Under the pieces are notes generated by a model, which was given only the letters and a program-made list of their open reading frames with translations, ran no database searches and was not told the DNA's origin. Position numbers and translations under genes: made by a program. Shown here piece after piece: positions 22,578 through 32,429 of a DNA stretch of 64,000 nt; position 1 is the first letter of the stretch, and each line of letters starts with the position of its first letter. The stretch is from assembly GCA_001643675.2 (NCBI GenBank), contig LSRY02000008.1:1364001-1428000 (forward strand), in the 5' to 3' direction. Source of the DNA: Monocercomonoides exilis PA203. Lineage: Eukaryota > Protista > Preaxostyla.

Positions 22578-25202
22578 CTATCTCTTTTGCTCCAACGTGT
22601 TCTCCCCATGTAAAGAAGAGGTCTCTCCCCTGAATATTCTCTTCTCCGGTACAACGCTTATTACCTCTCCTGGGGGTAATTTCCAGCCTTCCCTTCTCAT
22701 CTTCGTTCCCGGTGTCATGCACTCCTGAAAGGTCCCCAGGGTCTTTGTCAAATGCCCAGGCTGCAGTAGCGGGGTCCAGGTCTGCCCCCGCCAGGCTGGC
22801 AGAATCAGAATCGTCAGATTCCTCTGAGCTTCGTTCATCTTCTCTTTCATCACTCGCCCAATGTTTCTCAGGAGCGGGTGGACTAGCACTATGTCGTCTT
22901 CTGCTGTTCCTTCCTCTCTCTTCCTTCTCATGGAGGATAGTCTCCAAGTACTTCCGCAGGGCACCGGCGCAATCTGTTCTGAAATTGTATCTAGTGTTCT
23001 CGGTGCGATTGTCTGTAATATCTCTGCGACTTTCTCCCCCTTCAGTGCATAGTCCGGCTTCTTCGCCATCCGGCTGAGTGCATCTGCTTCCGTGTTCTGC
23101 TCTCCCGGGAGATGTTCCGTCTGTATTGTCAAGTCCAGGCTGTTCAGTTTCTTCTCCAATGCTCTCAGTGTTGGGATGAGCGATGGCGCTCCCCTTTTCT
23201 TCTGGATTGTCCATCTCGTGGACATGTTGTCTGTCTTCAGACAAATATGATCTATCTTTTGTTCTTTCAGCCATGCTCCTTTCCTTTCCAAAGTCCTCAA
23301 CACTGCTCTGGACTCCTTCTCGTTTATCGCTAATGCGCTCTCCTGGAGGGTCCAACTCCCGTGGACATATATCTTCTCCTCTTTGTTCTCTGTCGATATT
23401 GTCAATACTGCACCCCATCCCAGCTCTGAAGCGTCCGTTGTTAGCTCTGCTGGTCTGTTCCTTCTCTTCAGACTCCTTGGTCTGTTCTCTCGCAGAGTTT
23501 TCCTCCAATGTGTTAGTTCTCCTAACATCATTGGGTTGGGTATCACCTTTCCATTCCAGCCTCCGCGGGCTATTGCATGCCTCAGTACGTATTGCATGCG
23601 TCTCATCCACAAGCTCGCTGGTGGGTGTTGTAACCTCACAAAATTCAGCCTCCCGAGGAGTGCTGCTAGGTCCTTCGTCTTTTGTCTCCTCCTCTTCTTT
23701 GCATGTGCTATCCACTTTCGCACATCCTCCAGGAGCAGCACTCTCTTCCTCTCTTGGAGCATCACTTCCATCTTCTCTGAATTCCAACTCCATCCCAAAA
23801 ACTCCACGCTCCTTGCGGGTTCCAGATTCAGCTTCTCCTCCGACAGTATCCAGCCCAGATTTCTCAGGAACTGGGCTATCTCCTGTGAGATCGATCTCAA
23901 TGCATCCCTGTCTGGGTGCATGAGGAGGATGTCGTCCAGATATATCACCAGCTTTACCTTCCAATGTTCTCTGATATATGACGCTGCCCGTCTCATTATC
24001 TTCGTGAATACTCTGGGCGCGTCCTTTGCTCCAAATGGCATCCCCACGTAAGTGTAGCATTGCTTTTGGAAGCTGAAGCACAGAAAGGGACTGAACTGCT
24101 CGTCCACTTTGACATGTTGATAAGCACTCGATATGTCGAGCGTAGTCATCCAATCGTTCTCCTCCAGGAGTTCCACAACTGTCTCCTGGGAATCCATCTT
24201 GAAGTGTTTCCCTAGCACTTCCTCGTTTAAAATTCTGCAATCCAGAATCTTCCTCCACTTTCCGTTCTTCTTCCGGACCATAAATGTCGGGTTGAACCAC
24301 TTTACCTCCGATTCCTGTATGGGTTTCACCACTCCTTCTTTCACTTCCTCCTCTAAGAGGGATAAATAATTGTTTGTCATCTCTGTTGTTCCCCGAAATT
24401 CTTGTCTGTGTTTTCTCTCCTCGAGTGAGATTGGGGATTGGGGATCTTTCCATCGGGCTTTTATACCACGGCTCACCAGTTTGTCTCCCCCAATCTTCCT
24501 CCACTCGTTCAGCCTGTTCACCAGTCTCCCAGGCAGTGGCTCCTTCGGTGGTCCCACTGCTACGCAACTCCCCACTTCTGGTGTCCTTTGACCAGTCTGG
24601 ATCTGTGCGGTCTCTTTCCCCTCGAGAGTATCTGCAGTAGCTATCTTCCAGCTCTCCTCCAGGACGCTCCCAGTTAGGGACTCGATAACAGTCCCAGAAG
24701 CTCTCAAGGCTCTCTTCACTACCTCCCTCTCTGGTTCCTGATCGTTCATCTGTACTGTCCCGTGGGGATATACGGAGTCTCCCTCTGTGTTTACTCTCCC
24801 TGTTCCCATCTCGCGATCTCTCAAGCTTTCTATCTCTATCCTCTTCTTTCGGTCGGAAGGGCTCAGTGCCTCTTCGTTGCTCTCGCAGACTTCCAAGGGT
24901 TCCTCCCCTGTGATCGTCTGTCGATCGATTGGGACCTCCCGTTGTACTGCCATTCCCTTGAGCTCTGACAGCATCATGTCCGTTCCTGTCTCGCGGCGAA
25001 GCGCGGCTCTCTCTTCTCTCTCTGTCTCGCGGCGAAGCGCGGCTCTCTCTTCTCTCTCTGTCTCGCGGCAAAGCGCGGCTCTCTTTTCTCTCTCTGTCTC
25101 GCGGCAAAGCGCGGCTCTCTCTCCTCTCTCTGTCTCGCGTCGAAGCGCGGCTCTCTCTCCTCTCTCTGTCTCGCGTCGAAGCGCGGATATCTCTAAGCCC
25201 AC
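22578..25202 (-). CDS. DIRS reverse transcriptase + RNase H + degenerate methyltransferase-like tail (874 aa)
   Basis: RT motifs KWRKILDCRILN, LDISSAYQHV, MPFG and YLDD. RNase H motifs TTDAS..GWG, INEKE, TDN and HLPGEQNTEADALSR. C-terminal ILILPAWRGQTWTPLL. Confidence 0.95.
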   Translation of the reverse strand: MGLEISALRRETERGERAALRRETERGERAALCRETEREKRAALCRETEREERAALRRETEREERAALRRETGTDMMLSELKGMAVQREVPIDRQTITGEEPLEVCESNEEALSPSDRKKRIEIESLRDREMGTGRVNTEGDSVYPHGTVQMNDQEPEREVVKRALRASGTVIESLTGSVLEESWKIATADTLEGKETAQIQTGQRTPEVGSCVAVGPPKEPLPGRLVNRLNEWRKIGGDKLVSRGIKARWKDPQSPISLEERKHRQEFRGTTEMTNNYLSLLEEEVKEGVVKPIQESEVKWFNPTFMVRKKNGKWRKILDCRILNEEVLGKHFKMDSQETVVELLEENDWMTTLDISSAYQHVKVDEQFSPFLCFSFQKQCYTYVGMPFGAKDAPRVFTKIMRRAASYIREHWKVKLVIYLDDILLMHPDRDALRSISQEIAQFLRNLGWILSEEKLNLEPARSVEFLGWSWNSEKMEVMLQERKRVLLLEDVRKWIAHAKKRRRQKTKDLAALLGRLNFVRLQHPPASLWMRRMQYVLRHAIARGGWNGKVIPNPMMLGELTHWRKTLRENRPRSLKRRNRPAELTTDASELGWGAVLTISTENKEEKIYVHGSWTLQESALAINEKESRAVLRTLERKGAWLKEQKIDHICLKTDNMSTRWTIQKKRGAPSLIPTLRALEKKLNSLDLTIQTEHLPGEQNTEADALSRMAKKPDYALKGEKVAEILQTIAPRTLDTISEQIAPVPCGSTWRLSSMRRKREEGTAEDDIVLVHPLLRNIGRVMKEKMNEAQRNLTILILPAWRGQTWTPLLQPGHLTKTLGTFQECMTPGTKMRREGWKLPPGEVISVVPEKRIFRGETSSLHGENTLEQKR
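24987..25185 (-). repeat. 36-bp minisatellite (~5.5 copies) inside the DIRS overlapping ORFs
   Basis: Unit TGTCTCGCGGCGAAGCGCGGCTCTCTCTTCTCTCTC. It translates as ALRRETERxERA in the RT frame and RASxRDRERRES in the YR frame. Confidence 0.92.
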
Positions 25203-26446
25203 TGGCTCGTTCCAGTCGCTGTTCCTGCTGCTGATTCTCCCTGTATCCTCGGGGGAGCTGGAGGGAGGGGGACTGTGAACGTGGGAGCTCTCCCAGCTGT
25301 TGCTGGGGCCTGTTGTGGTCGAGCATGTGTTGACCTCCTTCTCTGTTTGAAATTTGAGAAGCTCCCTTCGAAACCTTGCTTCTGGGATTGTCTGTAGGCA
25401 AAGCCTTGAGCGTTTCTGCCTGTGCTGTACCTCCCTGAGCGCCCGCCCCTGACTGGGGCGAGGCCGAAGGTTGTGGAAGAAACGGGGGATGCTCCATACC
25501 CTGGAGCGTCCCCCCCTGGACGAAAAAAGCTGGTGCTATCCACCAGTCTCCTGAAACTCTCCGGGATGTCCTTGGACATTCCCCCGTCCAGAAAACACTT
25601 CACGTTCTCCCAGCTAGACTGAGGGATAACTTTCAGCAAGTTTATGCGGCTAATACAGTCTGCTATTAGGGCGTACGCGCAAAAGAGCCCCCTCAGTCGC
25701 TCTTTCTCTTCTTCCTCTAGGCGCGTCTTTTTCAATTCTCTTGTAGTGAGGGCTGCAATCGCCTTCGCGGCTTCAAACCCCGATTCCAAGGCGGGCTGAA
25801 GCAGCTCGATAACCCGAGCGGCTTCTGGAGAGTCTTTTCTTCCCTCAGCAGTGACACCCGTCACTGCTAAGGCGTTCCAACTGATGTCAGTGTGTCTTGT
25901 AAAAAAGTTCTTCTCCGACTCCGGGATAAAAGTGTTCAGGATATCATCATTTATTCTGATAGATCCGGCTTTGCAAAAGTCCATAAATCTCTTCAGTTCT
26001 CCTGCTTGTTTCCTAGGCGTTAACCATTCGTCTGGGAAAATTCCCAAGAAATCTTCGGATCTATCTTGCTCTTCCTCCCGCTTTTCTGTGTTTTCGGAAT
26101 CGCTCTCGCTGGTTTCTACATCGTCCCATTTCTTCATCTGGTTACGTCCGCGACTGCCCCTCAATCGCTGTCTGTGTCTTTTCTTTGCGATCATCTCTGT
26201 GTCATCAGATTCGGACTCAGATTCGCTTGATCTCGATAGAGATCTTCCTCTTGGTCGTTCCCTCTTCGTCTTTCTCATCGGTAATATTCCTACTGCTCCC
26301 GAGCGGCTCGGAACTGCTCGGCTTCTCGCCATTTCCTCAATCAAATTTTCTACTCTTGAAAGTCTAATTGCAAGATCAAATCCTCTGTCCTCGCTGTCAC
26401 TGGTTTCCATTCTAACAGGATCTTGTGTCATTATTGCTGCGGACAA
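25193..26446 (-). CDS. DIRS ORF1 (gag-like), 417 aa
   Basis: First ATG ORF inside the element's 5' end, upstream of RT, with a low-complexity charged N-terminus and a basic/Pro-rich C-terminus. Assigned by position. Confidence 0.75.
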   Translation of the reverse strand: MSAAIMTQDPVRMETSDSEDRGFDLAIRLSRVENLIEEMARSRAVPSRSGAVGILPMRKTKRERPRGRSLSRSSESESESDDTEMIAKKRHRQRLRGSRGRNQMKKWDDVETSESDSENTEKREEEQDRSEDFLGIFPDEWLTPRKQAGELKRFMDFCKAGSIRINDDILNTFIPESEKNFFTRHTDISWNALAVTGVTAEGRKDSPEAARVIELLQPALESGFEAAKAIAALTTRELKKTRLEEEEKERLRGLFCAYALIADCISRINLLKVIPQSSWENVKCFLDGGMSKDIPESFRRLVDSTSFFRPGGDAPGYGASPVSSTTFGLAPVRGGRSGRYSTGRNAQGFAYRQSQKQGFEGSFSNFKQRRRSTHARPQQAPATAGRAPTFTVPLPPAPPRIQGESAAGTATGTSQWA

Positions 26447-27206
26447 TGGTGTGTAACAAAGGTTTATTTGTTAGCGAAGTTTGATCTTAAACCACCCATA
26501 ATTTAAGATCAAACTCATTATTGAGGAGCAAACCTGCTCCTTGCGTTCGGATATTCGCTCTATTGCGAATTGATGAAAAGATTCAAAAGTGAGGAGAAAG
26601 TGTTTTGAAGATTATTTGTGTATGCTTTATTCTATTAATCGAAAGAGGCATTTTGGAAAGGAAAAGCTGCAAAATGGAATGAATTCAGCTGGCTTTATTT
26701 TATTTGGAGAGGATGAAAGCGATGAAAGTGACAAATGGACAATGAAAGTGGCAATACTTTGACAAAAGAAAAAAAAGATAGAGATTGAAGGATTATCAAG
26801 GTGTTACTATTTATTATCATTTATAATTATTTATAATTTTTTGTCATATTATTTGATCGATATTTTCTATGATTTATTACATATTTTTATTTTCACATTC
26901 ATAATTCATTCTTTTTTTTTTTGAAGACTTCTTCAGAAATCAATGAGAGAACAAGGAATGAGGAAGATTAACAGAAGAAGACAACAGAAGGGCAGTTAAT
27001 GGATTCAGCGGAAGAATGACTTGAAGGAATCTTTGCTATCACAAGGCATTGGCAGAGAAGATCCTTCATATTTTGAATGTTTCATTTAATAATGAGCAGA
27101 AAACGCAGAAAAGGAAATAAACATAGTGTAATATTTTTTTACAAGATTACGCAAAGAAGCAAAACAGGCATATGTACAAAATATTAAAAGAGAAAGAAGC
27201 GTTTCA

Positions 27207-28897
27207 GTGAGCGAATCGCATTTCTCATCTTCAACGGCATTTCTCTCGTCACCTTCCATTCCCCTTGTATCCCTCTCCAAACTCACATTTTTCAACATCT
27301 CAACAGCAAATGAGGCATGTTCACCTCCAACCACTACGTCAGCCCAAACCTCGTGTCTGATGAGCAGCTGCTCATTTTCATCAGTTTGCGACGCATATGA
27401 TGGAGGGATTGTTCATTCCCTCAACAACCCCTTGGCTTCCTTGACAGCCTCAAATACATCATTCATCGGGTGTTGCAGAACAAGAAATGTTGAATGCACT
27501 GGAACTGCAGAGGTTCCATTGAAGCCAGACAGACAGAATGAAACAGATAATGGAGCAAACTCATTCACTTGGTGTGAATGGGATGGGTCGAGACAACAGG
27601 AGAAAGTGACTCTTATACTGATGGAATATCGAGTGGAGGGGCCATCTGCATGTACAGTCAATCGTCGGCCGCTGTTTCAGTTTCGCATTGTGCATTCAAT
27701 GAATGTGTTGCGCATTGGTGCGGTGGAGGTATTAGTTGCTATAATATTAAATCGGTTGAGATTGTGAACAATTCTTTCAACGAATGTACAGCTCAAAATC
27801 AACATGGAGGTGGAATACTAATTTATACGATATCAACATGTGTTCAGATCAGCGGATGTGAATTCCAGAATTGCAAAGCAAATAGTTCTGGTGGAGGGTT
27901 ATTATTGCAATCGTTTCAGGTTTCTGGAGAAGGATGCATTGGGGAAGAAAATGGTGGGGGAGAAAGTGCGTGTGTGTTTGACTGCAGTTTCACTTCATGC
28001 TCAGTTACAAATATATATGGTGGAGGTTTCTTTTGCTATATTGTTCCTGCAGCATTCAAAATGAGGAGCATTCAGTTTATTTCATGCTCAGCATTAAGAG
28101 AAGGCGGAGGATTGTTTTTCAGACCAGACAAAGCAGAAAAGCCAGACAATGGAATTTATTGCTATTTTTTGTTCTTTCACGGATGCAGCTGCAAGGATGC
28201 AGCCAATCCATACGGGCATGATGTTGAGTATGTCGATACATACAATCTGTATTTGGATTCAGGAAATCCATTCTATGAATGTTACACCACAAATACAGAT
28301 GAGAAGAGGATCTGCTTTGCATATAATTATGTTAATGAACAGAAATGGACATATAACCAAACATCGAAAAAGGATTGGCTGAAGAGAGGAATTTTAAATC
28401 GATTTGTGGCTGTGAGTGGAGGTGGCGAAGAAGAGTTGTGTGGATTGGATGAGTCAAGTGCATGCCGAACCATTGGTGTTGCAGTCATTCGGAGCGTGAT
28501 CCAGGTGAGTCTGTCAGTCACGCTGATGGAAGGGAATCACATAAGCGAGGTGACAACAATTGAGATTGGATCAAAGAAGATTTCAGTCATTGGGAAGGGA
28601 AGGGAAACATGTTCAATTGGAATAGGAGCACTTTCATCAACTGGATCGCTGTTCAGTGTTTCGACAGGTCATTTGAGAATGAGTCACTTGAAGATTGATT
28701 GTAACTCAACAGAAGGAACTTCACCGAGTATGGTTGTGGTCTCTTGTGGGAGCGGGTCACTTTCGCTGGAGGATGTTGTGGTAACAACGAGTAACACTGG
28801 AACGAATGTTATGTCGCATCAATACGCTTTCGAATTCATCTCATTTTCTATTAATAATTCATTTTTCTTCTTCCAACTCTTTTTTCATCTTTTCTAA
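27207..28897 (+). pseudogene. Beta-helix family copy 4 (1-nt deletion at ~27591 relative to mirror copy 9)
   Basis: ORFs 27207-27767 and 27578-28897 join to give the 563-aa mirror ORF at 43795-45486; GGGTCGAGAC here versus GGGTCGAGGAC there. Confidence 0.75.
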
Positions 28898-29994
28898 TTC
28901 TTTTTCTTCCTCTCTGTTTTTCTCTTTCTCTTCTTTTTCTTCTTCTTATTTTTCTTTTTTGTTTTCATCAACAATTTCAAAGATTTAGGCTGTTAGAGTT
29001 ATATAGCCGGAAACAGAACTGAGGATTAGAAATAAGTGATTTGAGGGCGCAAAAGAGAAGAAAATTCGTTGGTTGTGAGATTTGCAGTGGAGATGGAGAA
29101 GATGGGTGTATTTGCAGAGTGGAGCAATATTTGAGGTTAACAAGAAGAAGAAGAAATTCTGTTAAGAATGATTAATTTGAAAAGGCAAAAGTTTATATTT
29201 TTTATTTCTATGTTTTTTCATCAGAAATTATTTTTACTGAAATTAGGATCTTTGTGTGAATGTTCAATGGTGATGAATAAGCATCAAGAACGGAAAGATG
29301 GTAGAATGAGGGAAATGGAATGGGCACAGAGGAATGAGCCAGAGGAAATATATGAAATGGATGGAAAAGATGAGGCTTGTGAGATATATGTGGTATTTTG
29401 AAAAGAATGAGGCAAAGCGATAAAAGAGAGAATGTGAGAAATTGATGATATGGCAAAAGAAGAAATTTGACAAAAATTCGAAAAGAAAAAGACACAAAAG
29501 CGGAAGTTGAAGCGAAAGATTGAGAAAAGAATATGGTACTGATTTTTCATAATACATTTTATATATTTTTAGTTTTTTCATATTTTTGATATTTTTCTTT
29601 AATGTTTAATTTCTAATTTTATATTAAATTTTTTTGTTTTATTTCATTATTTATCTTTAATATTTTTTTTATTTATTAATATTTTTATCGATAATAGAGA
29701 CTTTGCGTATATCTTCAAAAGTGAAGGAAATGAATAGAAATTTAAAAGAAGACAGAAAACGGAAGCAAGAGAAAAAGAGATATTTGAACGGAATAGTTGA
29801 TGAAGGATGCTGGAATGTTGTTTCCATTCAGAAGCATTGAAGAAAAAAGATGTATTTCTGCTTTTAATGGGAGCCAATTGTCTTCAGCAGAAGAGGCAGG
29901 GAAAGAATCTGACTTTAGGAAATAATTTGCGACAGGCGCCAAGAGGCAAAAAAGGTATATAATCAAAAAATTAAAAGAGAAGGAAGTGTTTCGA

Positions 29995-31423
29995 TATGAG
30001 AATCTCTTACCCAATCTTCAACCACATTCCTCTTTTCAATATCTATATCCCTTGAATCCCTCTCTTATCTGATATTTTTCAACATTTCAACAGCAAATGA
30101 TGAATGCTCACCTGTAACAACTACGTCAACCCAAAGATCAAGTTTTATGGTCAGCTGCTCATTCTCATCAGTTAGCGACGCATATGATGGCGGAATTGTT
30201 CCCTCTCTGAACAATCCATTGGTTTCTCTGACTGTTTCAAATACATCATTCGTTGGGTGTTGCAGAACAAGAAATGTTGTATGTGAAGGAACTGCAGATA
30301 ATAAGAAACAGCCAGGGAGACAAAACGAAACAGAAAATGGAGCAAATTCATTCACTTGGTGCGAATGGAGCGGATCGAAGACGACTGGAGAAATTGACTC
30401 GTGGACGGATGGAATATCGAGTGGCGGGGCCATCTGCATGTATGGTCAATCGTCTGCCACTGTGTCTGTTTCGCGTTGTGTGTTTAATAATTGTTTTGCA
30501 TACAGCCGAGGTGGGGGAATAATGTGTGCAAGCATAAAAGAAGTTAAAATAGAGAATAATACGTTTGATTCTTGTACTGCGCAAAGTCATTACGGAGGAG
30601 GAATGCTAATTTATGCTATTTTGGCATGTGTTCGGATCAGCGGATGTGAATTTCAAAATTGTAAAGCAAATGGCGCTGGAGGAGGTCTTGATCTTGATAA
30701 TTTTAATGTTTCAGGAACAGATTGCATTGGAAATGAAAATGGAGGAGGGGAGAGTGCGTGTGTGTTTGACTGCAGTTTCACTTCATGCTCTGTGGCAAGC
30801 ACTGATGGTGGGGGTATGCGCTGTGCTAACATTCCAATCACGCAATTCAAAATGAGGAGCATTCAATTCATTTCGTGTTCAGCAACTGCATATGGAGGAG
30901 GATTATATCTTTATCCATATAGACAAGGATCACAAAATGATATTATTTATTGTTATTTTCTGTTCTTTCATGAATGCAAATGCAGAACAACCTCTACTCC
31001 ATATGGACATGATGTTGAATACGTTGATGCTTACAATGTCTATTTAAATTCAGGAAATCCGTTTTTTGAATGTTACACCACAAATCTGAATGAACAGAGG
31101 ATGTGCTATGCATACAACTACTCGAATGCCGGTGCTTGGTCTCATCAGCACACCGAAAAAAGGATTGGCTGAAAGATAAGACGATTTATGTCTCAGCGAA
31201 TGGAAATGATACATCTCCACTTTGCGGGGCAAATGAATCAAATCCGTGCAAAACAGTGAAGAAGGCGTTTGAGATGTGCGAGGTGCAGATTAGCTTGACA
31301 ATCACGCTGATGGAAGGGAATCATGTGAGTGAGACAGCAACAGTTGAGATTGGGACAAAGAAGATTTCAGTTATTGGGAAGGGAAGGGAAACTACAATGA
31401 ATGAAACAGAAGCGAATTTATAA
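29995..31423 (+). pseudogene. Beta-helix family copy 5 (A6 vs A7 frameshift at ~31156; truncated after ISVIGKGRET)
   Basis: ORFs 30147-31172 and 31103-31423; mirror of 41269-42546. Confidence 0.75.
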
Positions 31424-32429
31424 GATTCTCCTTTCCATTCTTTTTTTTCTCTAACTCTGCTTATTCTTTCTTTTTCCTACAATTTTTCATCTAAAAATTG
31501 TTCCTTGCTAATTTTGTTTATTTTATGTCAACTTTAAATCTACAAGTTCCTTGTTTTCAATTTCCCTTCTCTTGCTATTTTTTTCCGAGCAGGCATTTGA
31601 GATAATGAAGAAGGAGGAGCAGAAAGATAAAATCAAATCATTTGTTGATACTACTAATTGTGAAGGATATGCTTTATATTCATTTATCCTTTTGAATTTT
31701 TTCATCAATAATTTTTTTTTCAATAAAACTGCTTCTTCTTCTTCTTCTTCTTCTTCTTCTTCTTCTTCCTCCTCATCTTCCTTTTATTCATCGTCATCAT
31801 TGCCTAATTTTACGATTTGAGCTGTTGGAGTTGTTCCACTTGAAACAGAACTGAGGATTGGGCTTTGGCTATTATTTTTAGGAGAAGAAGAACAGAAACG
31901 GAGGCGGTACAAATGAATTTTGCTGACAGAAAATAACGATATTTTGGGGGGAAAAAAAAGGAAATGAAGAAGAAAGGACGGATTAGAAAAAGTGTGTGAA
32001 GAAAATTCATTATGAAACAGTTTGTTATTATTTGTTATATTTTTATTTTATTTTATTTTATTTTGTTTTAGAAAATTAACTTTCGTATTTAATTACAAAT
32101 TTATATTTTTTTCCCCAGTTATTTAATGATTATAGGAGCATTTGTGTGGTTATTCAAAAGCGATAAATGCGAATGGAATGTGGAAAGAAGAAAGGAAATG
32201 GGAAGCGAAGATAAAAAGAGGATTTGTTGAAAGATGAATGATGAAGAACGTTGGAATTTCATTTTGATTTAGAGGAGTTAAAGGGAAAGATGATTTTCTT
32301 CTTATGGATATCCCTTTGAGAAGCAGAGGAAGAGGCGGGAAGAGGGATTTTGAATTTAGTAAATATTTTGCCAGATTGCTCCAAGAGGCAGAGGAAGAGA
32401 AGACAGCGTCGAAGATAGTATTTTTGTGT

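Larger units (their letters stand above)
21259..25497 (-). pseudogene. DIRS tyrosine recombinase ORF (YR domain ~22600-21700), interrupted by one in-frame TAG at 21871-21873
   Basis: Motifs GALRPAEL (Arg I) and RTKT (Lys), then in the same frame after the stop NGIPDTFTAYSIRHA (H/Y-x-x-R), RW and QEYD (candidate Tyr). The 5' part overlaps the whole RT ORF in another frame. Confidence 0.85.
20381..26574 (-). mobile_element. DIRS-like tyrosine-recombinase retrotransposon, full length (~6.19 kb)
   Basis: gag-like, RT/RNase H and YR ORFs in overlapping frames, with ITRs and ICR. Higher GC than the flanks. Boundaries fixed by the empty site at 46119-46123 in the opposite palindrome arm. Confidence 0.96.

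Noticed and set aside
24987-25185. 36-bp repeats as a CRISPR array
   Set aside because: Head-to-tail with no unique spacers, lying inside retrotransposon ORFs, with no cas genes in a eukaryotic context.
22578-25202. RT as a diversity-generating retroelement or retron driving cassette variation
   Set aside because: It has RNase H, YR, ITRs and ICR, so it is a DIRS element. Cassette differences are not adenine-specific, and the element inserted in only one arm.
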